Shown here in pieces: positions 13,110 to 23,652 of a stretch of 64,000 nt of DNA. This DNA is from Rhizodiscina lignyota (taxonomy: Eukaryota), in contig ML978126.1 of assembly GCA_010015805.1 (NCBI GenBank), forward strand, positions 1,054,001 through 1,118,000, in the 5' to 3' direction. The notes below the pieces were generated by a model that made no database searches, was not told the origin of the DNA, and saw only the letters and a list, made by a program, of their open reading frames with translations. A program made the position numbers and the translations under genes. How positions within the stretch are numbered: position 1 is the first letter of the stretch; the number at the start of each line of letters is the position of its first letter.

Positions 13110-14353
13110 TTACTTTTGGGCGAAATGACCTCCTGGGCCAAGTTTAGCTCTCAGATATGTTGTGAGCAGGTTTTGTGCCACAATCTCTTCCTTTCTTGCC
13201 TCGAGATCCCCGACTGTCCAGTTTGCCGAGATGAATCGCCCTCGAAGGAAGTCAGCCCGGGGAGTGCAGAGATATAAGGAAACACCGGCGGATAGTGCAG
13301 CTAACGAGGACGTATCTGTCAGCATGATACCAAGCCTCTGGATATTTACAAAATGCATACCGGTATCTATGTTCGCCCCAGCAAGCATACCGAACTGAAC
13401 TCCGTTAGGGACGATGCCTGGATGGAGGTTGAACGCCCGAATATTTGGGTGTTCTGCCAGGAGTTAGCTTGTTATTAATACTACAGCACGGCAATGGTAA
13501 GGTGGCCTGGAGGAAAAGATTGGGTGTACTAACCTGCATGCACATATTCTATAAGCCGACAGCCTGCTGACTTTGTAATGGCGTAGTTCGATCTTGTCGG
13601 GACCGTTTCCACCGCCATTGAGCTGGTCATATTGATGAATGTGACCGGAGAGTCGGATTTCAAGTTTGCAGCATGCCGTGTCAGCAGATAGAGAGCCTTT
13701 ACGTTAGTTTCCTATCAGTATTGTGGCCCTGGGTCAGCACAGTTTCGAAAGCTTCGAGTAAAGCCGCCGCGGGAAATGAAACGTACGAAATCTCCCCACC
13801 ACCCACTGATATCTGTATCTCCAATCCTCTTCATCTGCGAGCGCGATGCGGCACAGCTAACAACAACGCTGACAGTACCAAATCGGCTCACCACATTGTT
13901 CCAAAGACGTTCGACGTCCGCCTCGGAAGTCAAGTCGCATTGAATACAGACAACTTCAGTATCCCGGTAGGTATCCTCAATCTCTTTTTTCAGTGCTTCT
14001 AGCACCTCAATTCTGCGGGCAGTGATGATGATAGCTCTTGCGCCGGCTTTGGCGAACGATCGTGCATGTTCCTACTTTGATATGAGTAATGACTTCTGTA
14101 GGCAACTCCTAGGCCGCTTTTTCGATAATACCTGCCTGCACTTGCAAGGCCAATATCACTGTATGCAGACAATGCTTACCGCTCCAATTGGTCCGCTAGC
14201 ACCTGTGATCAAGACTATGCGTCCGTCCTGCTTTAATTCGGAACTTCCAGGGTCGATTGAGGGATAAACATCGTGATGGAAGGTGGGCGTAAATAATTGA
14301 TGATACACAAATCTATCCTTCTCCGCCTCTGCTTGCATTTCGGCGGCCGTCAT
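13110..14353 (-). CDS. Short-chain dehydrogenase/reductase (multi-exon)
   Basis: HHDVYPSIDP leader, Rossmann motif VLITGASGPIG, QCDLTSEADV, catalytic YAITK, FNLHPGIV and DFLRGRFISANW. About 5 exons joined by GT-AG introns. Confidence 0.88.
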
Positions 14354-15008
14354 CTTTTACGCATGAACTTGAGTCTGTCTGCCGTGAACAGCAGTGTCCC
14401 ACGCGCGAATGGGTAAGATTTTGGACTTCTACCAGTGCATATTCTACGAATGGGAGTGGTGAAATTTAAAAAGAAGAAAAGAAGAAAAGAATCAAGACTG
14501 CCCTTTCTTCAGCTTACCTGCCAGTATGTTCCAGCTCGCTCGCTTACGTAATATGGCTCACAATTGAAAATATCCTCCGCAATGTCGGCGGATATCCCTT
14601 TTATCTACCGCCCCGATTCAATCGAACGCCAAATGTTCCTGAAAATCGTCAAAGCATCAGGCATCTCACGCCCCCATTGAAACCCATCAGCTAATCTCGA
14701 GTGAGGAAGGATTTATTCGTTTATCTAAATGATTGAACTGAGAGAGTCGTTAATCCACACGGCGTGTAGAGGCCGGTTCATGTCAGCTCGGCTGGTTTAT
14801 CGGCGTGTTAGTTTCTTTCCTCATATCGACTCAACCACTTATTTGCACAGCCACTTGGATTGAAAGACCGGTGCAAATCAGACATCGGGGTTGGAGGATG
14901 AAGGACAAAAGAGCTGCTGATGCACTTTGCAATGTCTGTGAAATCAATTGGAGGCCTATAGAGGCCTGGCGCGCACGTCACCTAGGGCCCATCAAGACCT
15001 GATCAAAT

Positions 15009-18000
15009 ATGCAGACCTCATCAACATCGGCACAATCGGAGATAATGGCGCCCGATAGGAGGATGCGCGCCACGATTCTCGTCAACGAGCACGAGATAGC
15101 AGACGGCGGACGGGAACCCAGCGCGGAAGAGGTTTCCTTGCTGCTGAAGTGGAATAGCGATCGCGGCGTGCCCTCAGAGGCTGTCAACAACTGTATCCAC
15201 GAGTTGGTTGACAAACAAGTCCTTCTTCGGCCGCATGCACTAGCTGTTCATGCCTGGGACGGCCAGCTTACTTACGAGCAGCTAGACGAGCTAGCAGAAC
15301 GGTTGACACATCACCTCATCAACGACGAATATGCGGTGGGGCCTGAATCGAAAGTCCTGCTATGCTTCGACAAGTCGATGTGGGCAATAGTGGCTATGCT
15401 CGCGATCCTCAAAGCCGGCGCAGTCGTCGTTCCTCTGGGGACGATAAACCCAGTTCCAAGGCTCGCACAAATTGCCAAAGACACGGAGGCGACTCTCATG
15501 CTCGTTGGACCGCAGTACGCTTCACGGGTGGCTGGACTGGTCCCTCACGTCCTAACCGTGGATGGGTCTTTGCTCGGGAGGCTGCCGGTGCCTACAGCCA
15601 AGGCCGCCGCCAAAGTGACCGCACGGAATGCAGCCTATATTATTTACACATCCGGTAGCACAGGGGTCCCAAAGGGGGTGGTGCTCGAACATTCAGCATT
15701 GTGTACAAGTTCGCAGGCTCATGGCCGGGCGTTTGGGCTTGGACCAGACACGCGAGCAGTCCAATTTGCAGATTACGCATATGACGTTAGTTTGGCGGAC
15801 ATCTGGTTCACTCTTCACCACGGCGGCTGCATCTGTGTCATGTCCGAGCAGGACCGGATGGACAATATTGTCGGGGCTATTGGAGTGCTGGATGGGAATA
15901 CCATCAACCTTACCCCGACTGTGGCAATGTTGCTTGATCCGGCCAAGGCTCCCAAATTAAGAACTCTCATCCTAGCCGGAGAAAATTGTCATGCCTCTAT
16001 CATCGAAGCGTGGAGTAACAGGGTGGCTCTCTATAACTCATACGGGCCGTCCGAAGCCTCATTCGGAGTAACCGTCAACGGACCGGTTGTCGACTCCAGA
16101 GCTGCCGGTAACATTGGGCGTCCAGTCGCGGGCTCTCTGTGGATCGTCGATGCCGCTGACTACAATCGGCTTTGTCCCATTGGTGTTCCAGGAGAGATTC
16201 TAATCGAAGGACCACTGCTGGCGCGTGGTTATCTCAACGACTCTGCGAAAACGGCATCGGCATTCATCATGGACCCAACGTGGGCAGCTCAATATGGCCT
16301 GGGACATGGCCGTCGGATGTACCGCACTGGAGATATGGCACGGCAAAACCATGACGGCTCATTAACCTACCTAGGCAGAATGGACAACCAAATCAAGGTG
16401 CACGGCGGACGGCGAGTTGAGTTGGGCGAGATCGAACACTGGATCCGAGTTTCCCATCCCGATGTGCGGGCTGTTGCTGTCGACGCCATCACTCCTCGCG
16501 AAGACGAGGCCACACCTGTGCTAACTGCTTTCGTTGAATTTGATAAAGACAGCGTGCATGTTCCTGGGACGAATGTTTCGACGCCCGGACCGTGCCCAAT
16601 GTCGGAAGGTATGCGAGATAAGTTTAGCAACTTACAGATGTCGCTACTCAACGCATTACCACCGTATATGGTTCCCGCACTGTATATTCCCATGGCACAG
16701 CTTCCCCAAACCGCCTCTGGCAAACTGGATCGAAAGTTGATCCGCCACCTTTTTGCAAATTTTACTCGCGAGGAATTATTGAAATTTACCCTAGCAAACT
16801 CTGCTAAGGCAGCACCCACCGACTTGGAGCGCCGACTTCAGGGTTTCTGGGCAGATGTGCTGGGGCTAGGAGCCGATTCGATAGGAACACAAGACAACTT
16901 TTTCCAGCTCGGTGGAGACTCGATAGCCGCCATGCGTCTGGTGTCAATGGCTAGAGCTAATGGCCTCGATCTTGAGGTAGCGGACGTGATACGCCGTCCG
17001 ACCCTGGCCGACTTGGCCGCTAAGATATCTTTGAAAACCTCGACAGACTCTCCGGCAACGACGTACCAGCCGTTCTCGCTTTTACAGCTTGAGGTGGATA
17101 AGGATACATTTCTTTCAGAAGCCGTGTACCCTTCAACAAAGCACCTGAATAGTCCCGTGGTCGACGTTCTGCCTGCAACCGATTTCCAAGCTCTTTGTGT
17201 GGCGGGTGCCTTGTCAAATTCGCGCTGGCAACTCACCCATCTCGCTTTTGACGGCGACGGTCTGTTCAATGTTGGTAGGTTGAGGAAGGCTTGTCATCAG
17301 CTCATCGCAGAGCACCAAGCTTTCCGTACCGGTTATGTTTTCCATGCGGGACGGCTATTGCAGGTCGTTCTGCAAGCTCACGAGCCACATATCAATGTGT
17401 ATGAGACAGAAGGATCTGTCGACGATGTCACCAAGACATTACTCGAGCATGATCTATACAGACCCCCTCGGTTCGGCCAACCATTTACGCAGTTTGCGAT
17501 AGTTATCAAAACTGGAACCTTACAGCACAGGATTATCATGCGTACGACACACGCCGAGGTAGATGGCCTCACAATCCCACTCCTCGGTCGCAGCTTTCAA
17601 GACCTCTACAACGGCACTCCATCAGGTTCATACGCAAACCACGCCCATTATGTGTCTTGCTCGCTCAAGGACAGTGATAATGCGTACGGCTACTGGCGTA
17701 AGTTCCTCCAGGGCTCGTCAGTCACAGAGATTGGCCGCGCATACGCAGTCCATCCCCACCGTGCCACAGCACTGCAGGGCCACCCAGTGGAGGTGGTGCC
17801 TACCGAAGGTGCAGCGGCGCTGAAGAGCATAACGATTTCCTGCATTGTACGTGCGGCCTGGGCCTTCGTTCTCGCCCAAGTGACCGAGGCGTCCGACGTA
17901 CTGTTCTGCGACGTTGTTGCGGGCCGCGGTAACGGAGCAGATGAGAAGCTGGAGACCACAATGGGCTGCTGCGCGAACGCCGTGCCGCTGCGACTGGCGA

Positions 18001-18740
18001 TCCCGCCATCAGCCACTATCATGGACCTCCTTCTCGCCGTGCAGGACCAGGTGCTAGCACGCATGCCATACGAGACCGTCGGCTTCCGCAAGATGCTTGA
18101 GGACTGCCCCAACTGGCCCCTGTCGCGATGGACGATTGTCAATCACCTCAGCGCTATGCCGACTGCGAATATGGCCCTGAAGGAGGGTAGCCGAGGGAAA
18201 GGAGACCTCGGAGAAGAGGACACCACGACAGACTACAAGTTCTCTATCCTGCCGGCGGTAACCAACGTTGATCCGACCAATGCTCGTGTCACAACAATCC
18301 CAGGCCCCGGGTGCGTTTTTGTCCGCTTCAATTGGAACCGCGATACTGTCCCTGATGAGCTGGGCGAGGCGCTTCTCAAAGCACTATGTGCAGCGATTGC
18401 TTTGTTCGCTGCCTTCCCAGAAGATCCTCTCCCTTATTCTTTGCTCTCAACAGATGGCAATGATCATGGCAACGGAGGAAGCGATACAAAGCGGGATGAC
18501 CTGCTGGCTCGTCTGCGTGTAGCGGTTGATGACGGGCGCCGGTGGCAGCGCGAAGCATCACGGCATGTACCAGAGGAAGCCGTTCGGCAGTTCTTCCGGG
18601 GAGACAACGTCGAGGCGGCCCGGGTCGTGTTTGAATTACAGCGGGAGGGCCTCGCGGTCGGCTTGGATGATGTACTGGACTACCCTACAATAGACGCCCT
18701 AAGAAAAGCTGTCCAAACCGGGTCAGGATCTCCGGTGTAA
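15009..18740 (+). CDS. Monomodular NRPS, A-T-C(terminal type)-degenerate T
   Basis: Intronless 1243 aa. A domain: LTYEQL, LKAG, YTSGSTGVPKG, YGPSE, GEILIEGPLLARGY, YRTGD, SGKLDRK. T domain: FFQLGGDSIAAM. C domain: THAEVDG. C-terminal T-like remnant: FFRGDNVEAARVV...VLDYPTI. Confidence 0.94.
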   Translation: MQTSSTSAQSEIMAPDRRMRATILVNEHEIADGGREPSAEEVSLLLKWNSDRGVPSEAVNNCIHELVDKQVLLRPHALAVHAWDGQLTYEQLDELAERLTHHLINDEYAVGPESKVLLCFDKSMWAIVAMLAILKAGAVVVPLGTINPVPRLAQIAKDTEATLMLVGPQYASRVAGLVPHVLTVDGSLLGRLPVPTAKAAAKVTARNAAYIIYTSGSTGVPKGVVLEHSALCTSSQAHGRAFGLGPDTRAVQFADYAYDVSLADIWFTLHHGGCICVMSEQDRMDNIVGAIGVLDGNTINLTPTVAMLLDPAKAPKLRTLILAGENCHASIIEAWSNRVALYNSYGPSEASFGVTVNGPVVDSRAAGNIGRPVAGSLWIVDAADYNRLCPIGVPGEILIEGPLLARGYLNDSAKTASAFIMDPTWAAQYGLGHGRRMYRTGDMARQNHDGSLTYLGRMDNQIKVHGGRRVELGEIEHWIRVSHPDVRAVAVDAITPREDEATPVLTAFVEFDKDSVHVPGTNVSTPGPCPMSEGMRDKFSNLQMSLLNALPPYMVPALYIPMAQLPQTASGKLDRKLIRHLFANFTREELLKFTLANSAKAAPTDLERRLQGFWADVLGLGADSIGTQDNFFQLGGDSIAAMRLVSMARANGLDLEVADVIRRPTLADLAAKISLKTSTDSPATTYQPFSLLQLEVDKDTFLSEAVYPSTKHLNSPVVDVLPATDFQALCVAGALSNSRWQLTHLAFDGDGLFNVGRLRKACHQLIAEHQAFRTGYVFHAGRLLQVVLQAHEPHINVYETEGSVDDVTKTLLEHDLYRPPRFGQPFTQFAIVIKTGTLQHRIIMRTTHAEVDGLTIPLLGRSFQDLYNGTPSGSYANHAHYVSCSLKDSDNAYGYWRKFLQGSSVTEIGRAYAVHPHRATALQGHPVEVVPTEGAAALKSITISCIVRAAWAFVLAQVTEASDVLFCDVVAGRGNGADEKLETTMGCCANAVPLRLAIPPSATIMDLLLAVQDQVLARMPYETVGFRKMLEDCPNWPLSRWTIVNHLSAMPTANMALKEGSRGKGDLGEEDTTTDYKFSILPAVTNVDPTNARVTTIPGPGCVFVRFNWNRDTVPDELGEALLKALCAAIALFAAFPEDPLPYSLLSTDGNDHGNGGSDTKRDDLLARLRVAVDDGRRWQREASRHVPEEAVRQFFRGDNVEAARVVFELQREGLAVGLDDVLDYPTIDALRKAVQTGSGSPV

Positions 18741-18869
18741 GAGCGGAGGGCACCAAACGGTTTGGTCCATGTTTTGGTTACAAATAATTTCGTTGTGCCG
18801 TAAGATTCTGGTGGTGAACTTGCGGATAAGCGACAAGTATACAGCGATAGTCATCTTCCCTAGAGCGCC

Positions 18870-19100
18870 GTATATTATTTCATATTCTCCCGGTTACTTA
18901 TGCTTATAAAAGCCTAACGTGAAAGCTAGCTAACTTAGTAGTTCAGCTAGCTTAGTAGTAGATTACGTTAGCTTACATAGAATATAATTATATAGTTGAA
19001 AAGTTTAAAATGAAATTAACGGAAAAGTAGAGAGATAAGACTTTATTTTAGTCATATACTAGCCCTAAGCAGAAAATATAGGCACCAATCAACACCGTAG
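18870..19100. repeat. AT/TpA-rich patch, probable RIP-mutated repeat relic
   Basis: Abruptly AT-rich and dense in TA/CTAG/TTAG (e.g. AGCTAGCTAACTTAGTAGTTCAGCTAGCTTAGTAGTAG), lying between the convergent NRPS and MFS genes. Confidence 0.5.
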
Positions 19101-19125
19101 CTGTCACTCTATCTATATGTGTCAT

Positions 19126-21129
19126 TCACACCCGAAAAAACTTGATAGGTCTAGGATTGCTCTTAGGGATAGACTTCCTATGAGCAAGCAGTACCCTCTG
19201 ATCGGAAGGTGGTGTGATGTCCGTACTTGTACTCTGTCGACTGATCAAGGGTATCTCCATGCTAGCACCATCGCCAACATCTGCGTCGGCCCCCGTTCGG
19301 TTCGTCAGTCCATAGTTAGTCTCGAGCTTGTCACGTAGCTGCACCTGTTTAATCAGCACGGCCAATATGAAACCCACAAGGGCAAATGCGATGCCGACCT
19401 CCCAGACTAGCCTAAGGCTGTCGAGGTAGACGCTCAACACCTGTGACCTCAGCGTCGGGGTCGAGTCGAGAGAACGTAGAAACTGCGACGATGCCAGGGC
19501 ATACGCCCCGCCGTTGGCAAGGCGTCTGCGGATATCCTGATCGTCGACGCGCCTGCGTAGCCGGTCAACTTCCGAGTTGAAAATCGCGGTCGGGATTGCA
19601 GCCCCCCAGATACTGCCGAGGCTCGCAAGAAAGGCCCATGTTGCGGTTGCAACGGCCTGGTCTGATTCTGAAAGAGTAGCTTGGATGGCAGGTAGTATAG
19701 TACTGGCGAGCAAGCCGATGCCCGCGGCACTCAGCAGCTGTGTACCCACCCAGTATCCCGTCGATGAGGTTGCATCAAGCCGGGAAAATAGACCACAAGC
19801 GACGGGCAAGGCCGCCGTGCCTATGAGATGAAAAGGCCGGTACTTTCCGAATTTGGACAGAAGTACGCCCGCCAGCAGGGCAAAGGGCATGGCCCCGATT
19901 GCCGTCGGCAGGACGTCGACCCCCGATTTGCCCGGCGTAGCGCCCAAGACCGCCTGAAAGTAGAGAGGTAAGATGTAAGTGACCCAAGACGTGATCATGG
20001 CGTGGAAAAAGGCCAGGGCATAACCGGCTGAGGAGGTTCTGTTCGAGAAAAGCTGCCTTGGTACTGTCGGCTCAGCAATGAAACCAGAAAATTCCAAAGC
20101 GAAGAAGCCGATAAGCCCAAGCAGGCCCAGGACCAAAGGTAGTACAATCCTCCACGAATACCATGGGTACTGCGTTCCTCCGAAAGTTAGCGCCACCAGG
20201 ATCGAGACCACGGACGAGATCAGAACGAAGTTTCCGACAAAATCTATACGCGAGATGACGCTTTGGATACTTCTGTCACGCTCGTGCTTGAGATCCAAGA
20301 AGAGTACCAGCAGAATTAATCCCACGGCGGCCAGGGGCAAGTTGATGTAAAAGATCCATCTCCAAGACAAGTGCTGGGCAATGGCGCCGCCGACGGGCGG
20401 TCCAAAGGCGATGGCGACGGCGTAGAAGCTCTGAACTATAGCCATGTATTTGGGCCGGTCGCTCAGTGGCACAAGGTCGCCGACTATGGTATTTATCATG
20501 ACGCCAATTCCGCCGCCACCACTGCCTTGGACCGCACGGCCAGCGATAAGGGCGGCAATGTTAGGTGCAGAGCCAGAGATGGCGGAGCCCAAAGCGAACA
20601 AGAGGACCGCAGTGATGATCAAACTGCGCCGGCCGACGATATTGGCTAGCTGGCCGTACCTTTACTCAGATTGTGCAAATTAGCAGATATCCTGCGAATA
20701 TTCGAACACGCAAAGATCATTTCATGTCAAACATCCTCAAGGATGCATGCAACTGTCATCAGCTTATCTGTACAGGGGTTAAACGCCCGACTCCTAACTT
20801 CTCACACAATTTGCATAGACATATCATCATATTGCACAACAGAAGTACGTACAGGGGCTGAAAGGCCGTTTCCATGAGGATGTAAGCGTTGGCAACCCAG
20901 GCATAGGCGGAACTTGAGCCGAGATCGCGAATGATTGTCGGCAGTGCCGTAGAAATAATAGACACATCGAGTGCGGAGAGGAGCGAAACGATCGATAAAG
21001 CTGCGAAGATAGCCTAGAGAATGGCAGCGGAGGTCAGAGAAGGCAACACTGGAGTCGCTTGTTTTGTGCTCTTACCCAGAAACGCCAGCCACGATTTTTT
21101 GGAGAGCCTGGATTCTTGGGAGGATCCAT
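19126..21129 (-). CDS. MFS drug:H+ antiporter (DHA2/14-TMS type) efflux pump
   Basis: Spliced N-terminus RGWRFW/AIFAAL..LSALDVSIISTALPTI..FQPL/YGQLANIVGRR, then GRAVQGSGGGG and WRWIFYINLP, with many TM helices. ATG at 21129, two 5' introns. Confidence 0.92.
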
Positions 21130-21413
21130 CGAACTGTTGACGAGAGATACATTTGGATGAGAAAAATTGCGGCTATGTGCTGACGCAAATGCATTAAAGG
21201 CAGATTGCATCGGCGAGTTATAGTGGAGCACGGAGCATTGACGCGAGTTTGGTGATAGAGCTTGTCGTTGAATGCGCCCCAGTCGAACACCGAATTGCAA
21301 GGCCGGAGAACAGGACGACGCATCCTGACCGACGTTTCTTCAGCGGTAGTAACTGTCTCAGATTTGCATGATCCACTTTAGGGCCGTTCCAAGCCAGGGT
21401 ACCTACACTGCGA

Positions 21414-21533
21414 ATTTAGTATATGCAAGAGAAGTGGCAATTCTTAGTACCTCCTGACACTCGAAAATCAAAGCCGTGTATGTTGTTTGAAGAATTCGTG
21501 CAAATTTTGCCACTTCTTTTGCATATACTAAAT
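21414..21533. repeat. 27-bp inverted repeat (MITE-like or hairpin)
   Basis: ATTTAGTATATGCAAGAGAAGTGGCAA (21414-21440) pairs with TTGCCACTTCTTTTGCATATACTAAAT (21507-21533) with one mismatch and a 66-bp spacer. Confidence 0.85.
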
Positions 21534-21694
21534 AGGTAGCCCGGCCTCTACAGTCCTTGGCGTATCCGAAATGAAGGACTGTTAATATCCATCATCGCTC
21601 TTTTTAGAAATTGTCTACTTCTCTAAAAGGTCGTCACATGTGGTAAGCTTTCGTGGACGCTAACACAGTTAATGTAAACCCGATTCTATACCCT

Positions 21695-23212
21695 CTATAC
21701 CGCCTCTAAGTTTCTGATTAGCTGCTTTGCTGTCTTTATCCCCGCATACACCTTGTCCTGGTCGCGGTTCATCATTACCATCGCCGCCTTGATGGCTCTG
21801 ATGCACCCGGTTGATGCATCCGTAGTGCTCCCATCTGACGTAAGCTCACTATTCTCATCACCGCGGCCGACCCGCAGCCGGCGATGTGATGAGTGTCCCC
21901 GCAAATCCGGGGACTCTGAAGAACCGGAGGACGACGATGAAAGGCGGCGTGGTAGAGCTGTCGGTATCGTGGCGCTGGCAACCGGCATCATGGCCCTGTA
22001 TTCAACAAGCTGGTCGAGCGCCCGATTTAGCCGTTGGAGCTGGTGAGCGACAAGCTTTACGACTACGAGAGCTTGCGTCGTCGGCATTTCCATAAAAGAA
22101 AACGGGTTGGTTTGAAAATCTTCGCTTCGTTGTCGCTCGGGCGGAGAAAAGGTTTGTCCGCCCCCAATAGACAGGTTGACCGAACGACGGACTTGCTGGT
22201 CAATTGGAGGAAATAGAGTCTGCTTGTGTTGGCCACAGCGTCTGAGTTGGTGAGCGATAGAGCAAAGGATGCTCCAGAATGCGGTAAGCAGGCGCTGGTG
22301 ACAAGCCACGATCATCAGCACGACGCCCAAGTCTGCGCTCTTGCCGGCAGACGAACACATCCCACCATGATGCCTCGAGCCGCTGAAACAGTCATCGTCC
22401 CAATCCGGCGGAGTAGGAAACATAGAAACATCATCGTTATGCAAGTGAGTAGCAGCATTAACGCCGGAGCAGCCGCTTATGCAACGGCTGACGATCCCGA
22501 TAAAGGTCTCGCTAGCGGCAAAAATGTCGTTAAGCGCCGGTGAGGAAGCGCTCAGCAATGTCTGACCAGGCCGGGAGACCGCTTTGACCGCACGATAGAT
22601 TCGGAGACTGAGATCCGCAATCTCCTCAGTGTCTCTTTCAATGGCGTCTGCAAATGACTGCTTCATAGATCCCTCTGGTTCTGATTGGACGGGCCTGCTT
22701 GCTGGGGAAACCTCATCTTCCGAAGGGCCAGCTTGCGAACGTGACTGAGACGATGAAGATTCGATTGGCGGCATGTTAGGAACAGCAGTCAAGAAGTCAA
22801 GGTCGTAGCCAGGCGCATTGCTCAACCACAGTTCTTCCCCGACCATGAAAGGCGAAAACTGAGCTGGGTCTACAGAGACTGAGCCGCGCTGGGTTGCTGA
22901 ATCACTTGGGCGACCCACGGAAGGCCGAAATGTCCGCGGGGGAGATTGTCGCAGTCTCTTCCGAGCGTAGGATGCTGATGTAGCCGTGTCTTGTGCATCA
23001 CTCCCGAGTGGTGGCCGACCGGGCTTTTGCTGAGGACTGTAGATGCATACTGAACCAGCTCTCCTGCACCGTGAACAGGACTCAGAAGGTAGTGTCTCGA
23101 GGCCGACTTCTGCATTTCTAATGCATCGAACCTTCAAGCCGTGGCAGCGGTCGCACGACTGGCGAAGAGGCAGTGGAGAACTTTCAGGAGGCGTCGAATA
23201 TGACATTATCAT
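21695..23212 (-). CDS. Zn(II)2Cys6 pathway-specific transcription factor
   Basis: RQSCDRCHGLKVRC...SCSRCRRAGSVCIYS binuclear cluster followed by KPGRPP. Likely ATG at 23212 or 23206. Intronless, about 505 aa. Confidence 0.93.
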   Translation of the reverse strand: MIMSYSTPPESSPLPLRQSCDRCHGLKVRCIRNAEVGLETLPSESCSRCRRAGSVCIYSPQQKPGRPPLGSDAQDTATSASYARKRLRQSPPRTFRPSVGRPSDSATQRGSVSVDPAQFSPFMVGEELWLSNAPGYDLDFLTAVPNMPPIESSSSQSRSQAGPSEDEVSPASRPVQSEPEGSMKQSFADAIERDTEEIADLSLRIYRAVKAVSRPGQTLLSASSPALNDIFAASETFIGIVSRCISGCSGVNAATHLHNDDVSMFPTPPDWDDDCFSGSRHHGGMCSSAGKSADLGVVLMIVACHQRLLTAFWSILCSIAHQLRRCGQHKQTLFPPIDQQVRRSVNLSIGGGQTFSPPERQRSEDFQTNPFSFMEMPTTQALVVVKLVAHQLQRLNRALDQLVEYRAMMPVASATIPTALPRRLSSSSSGSSESPDLRGHSSHRRLRVGRGDENSELTSDGSTTDASTGCIRAIKAAMVMMNRDQDKVYAGIKTAKQLIRNLEAV

Positions 23213-23652
23213 CAAATGGTAGGAGAGGTAAATCGTCAAATTGAACGACTTGTCGGCGGAAAAAGAGATGTTAAAAAATAGCTATAGGACATTTGAATCA
23301 GGGTCAATAAGGGTCATTGAAGTCGCAGACGATTCCAAAAATATCTTGATCAGTGATCGACCGTGTATATAGGGTACATTCCAAAAGACTGGTATAGCGT
23401 CGGACCGTCGGACATGGAGTAGCTGACAGTGCACAATACCAGTTCGGGCACAGCCACCGACCAGTCAATTGCTGCTGACGTTTTCCTAGGAAACAATAGC
23501 TGTCGTAGGCATATTATTAGTATCGCCCGTTAGTCTAAGCGTCGATAGCCCCATTAGAACCACAGCTGATCTCAACTATAATAGTGAGAACGTTCCCTGG
23601 CCTATCTGCCTTAGAGCACCTTCAGTGAGGGCAAGAACACCTGGGAAACAAG

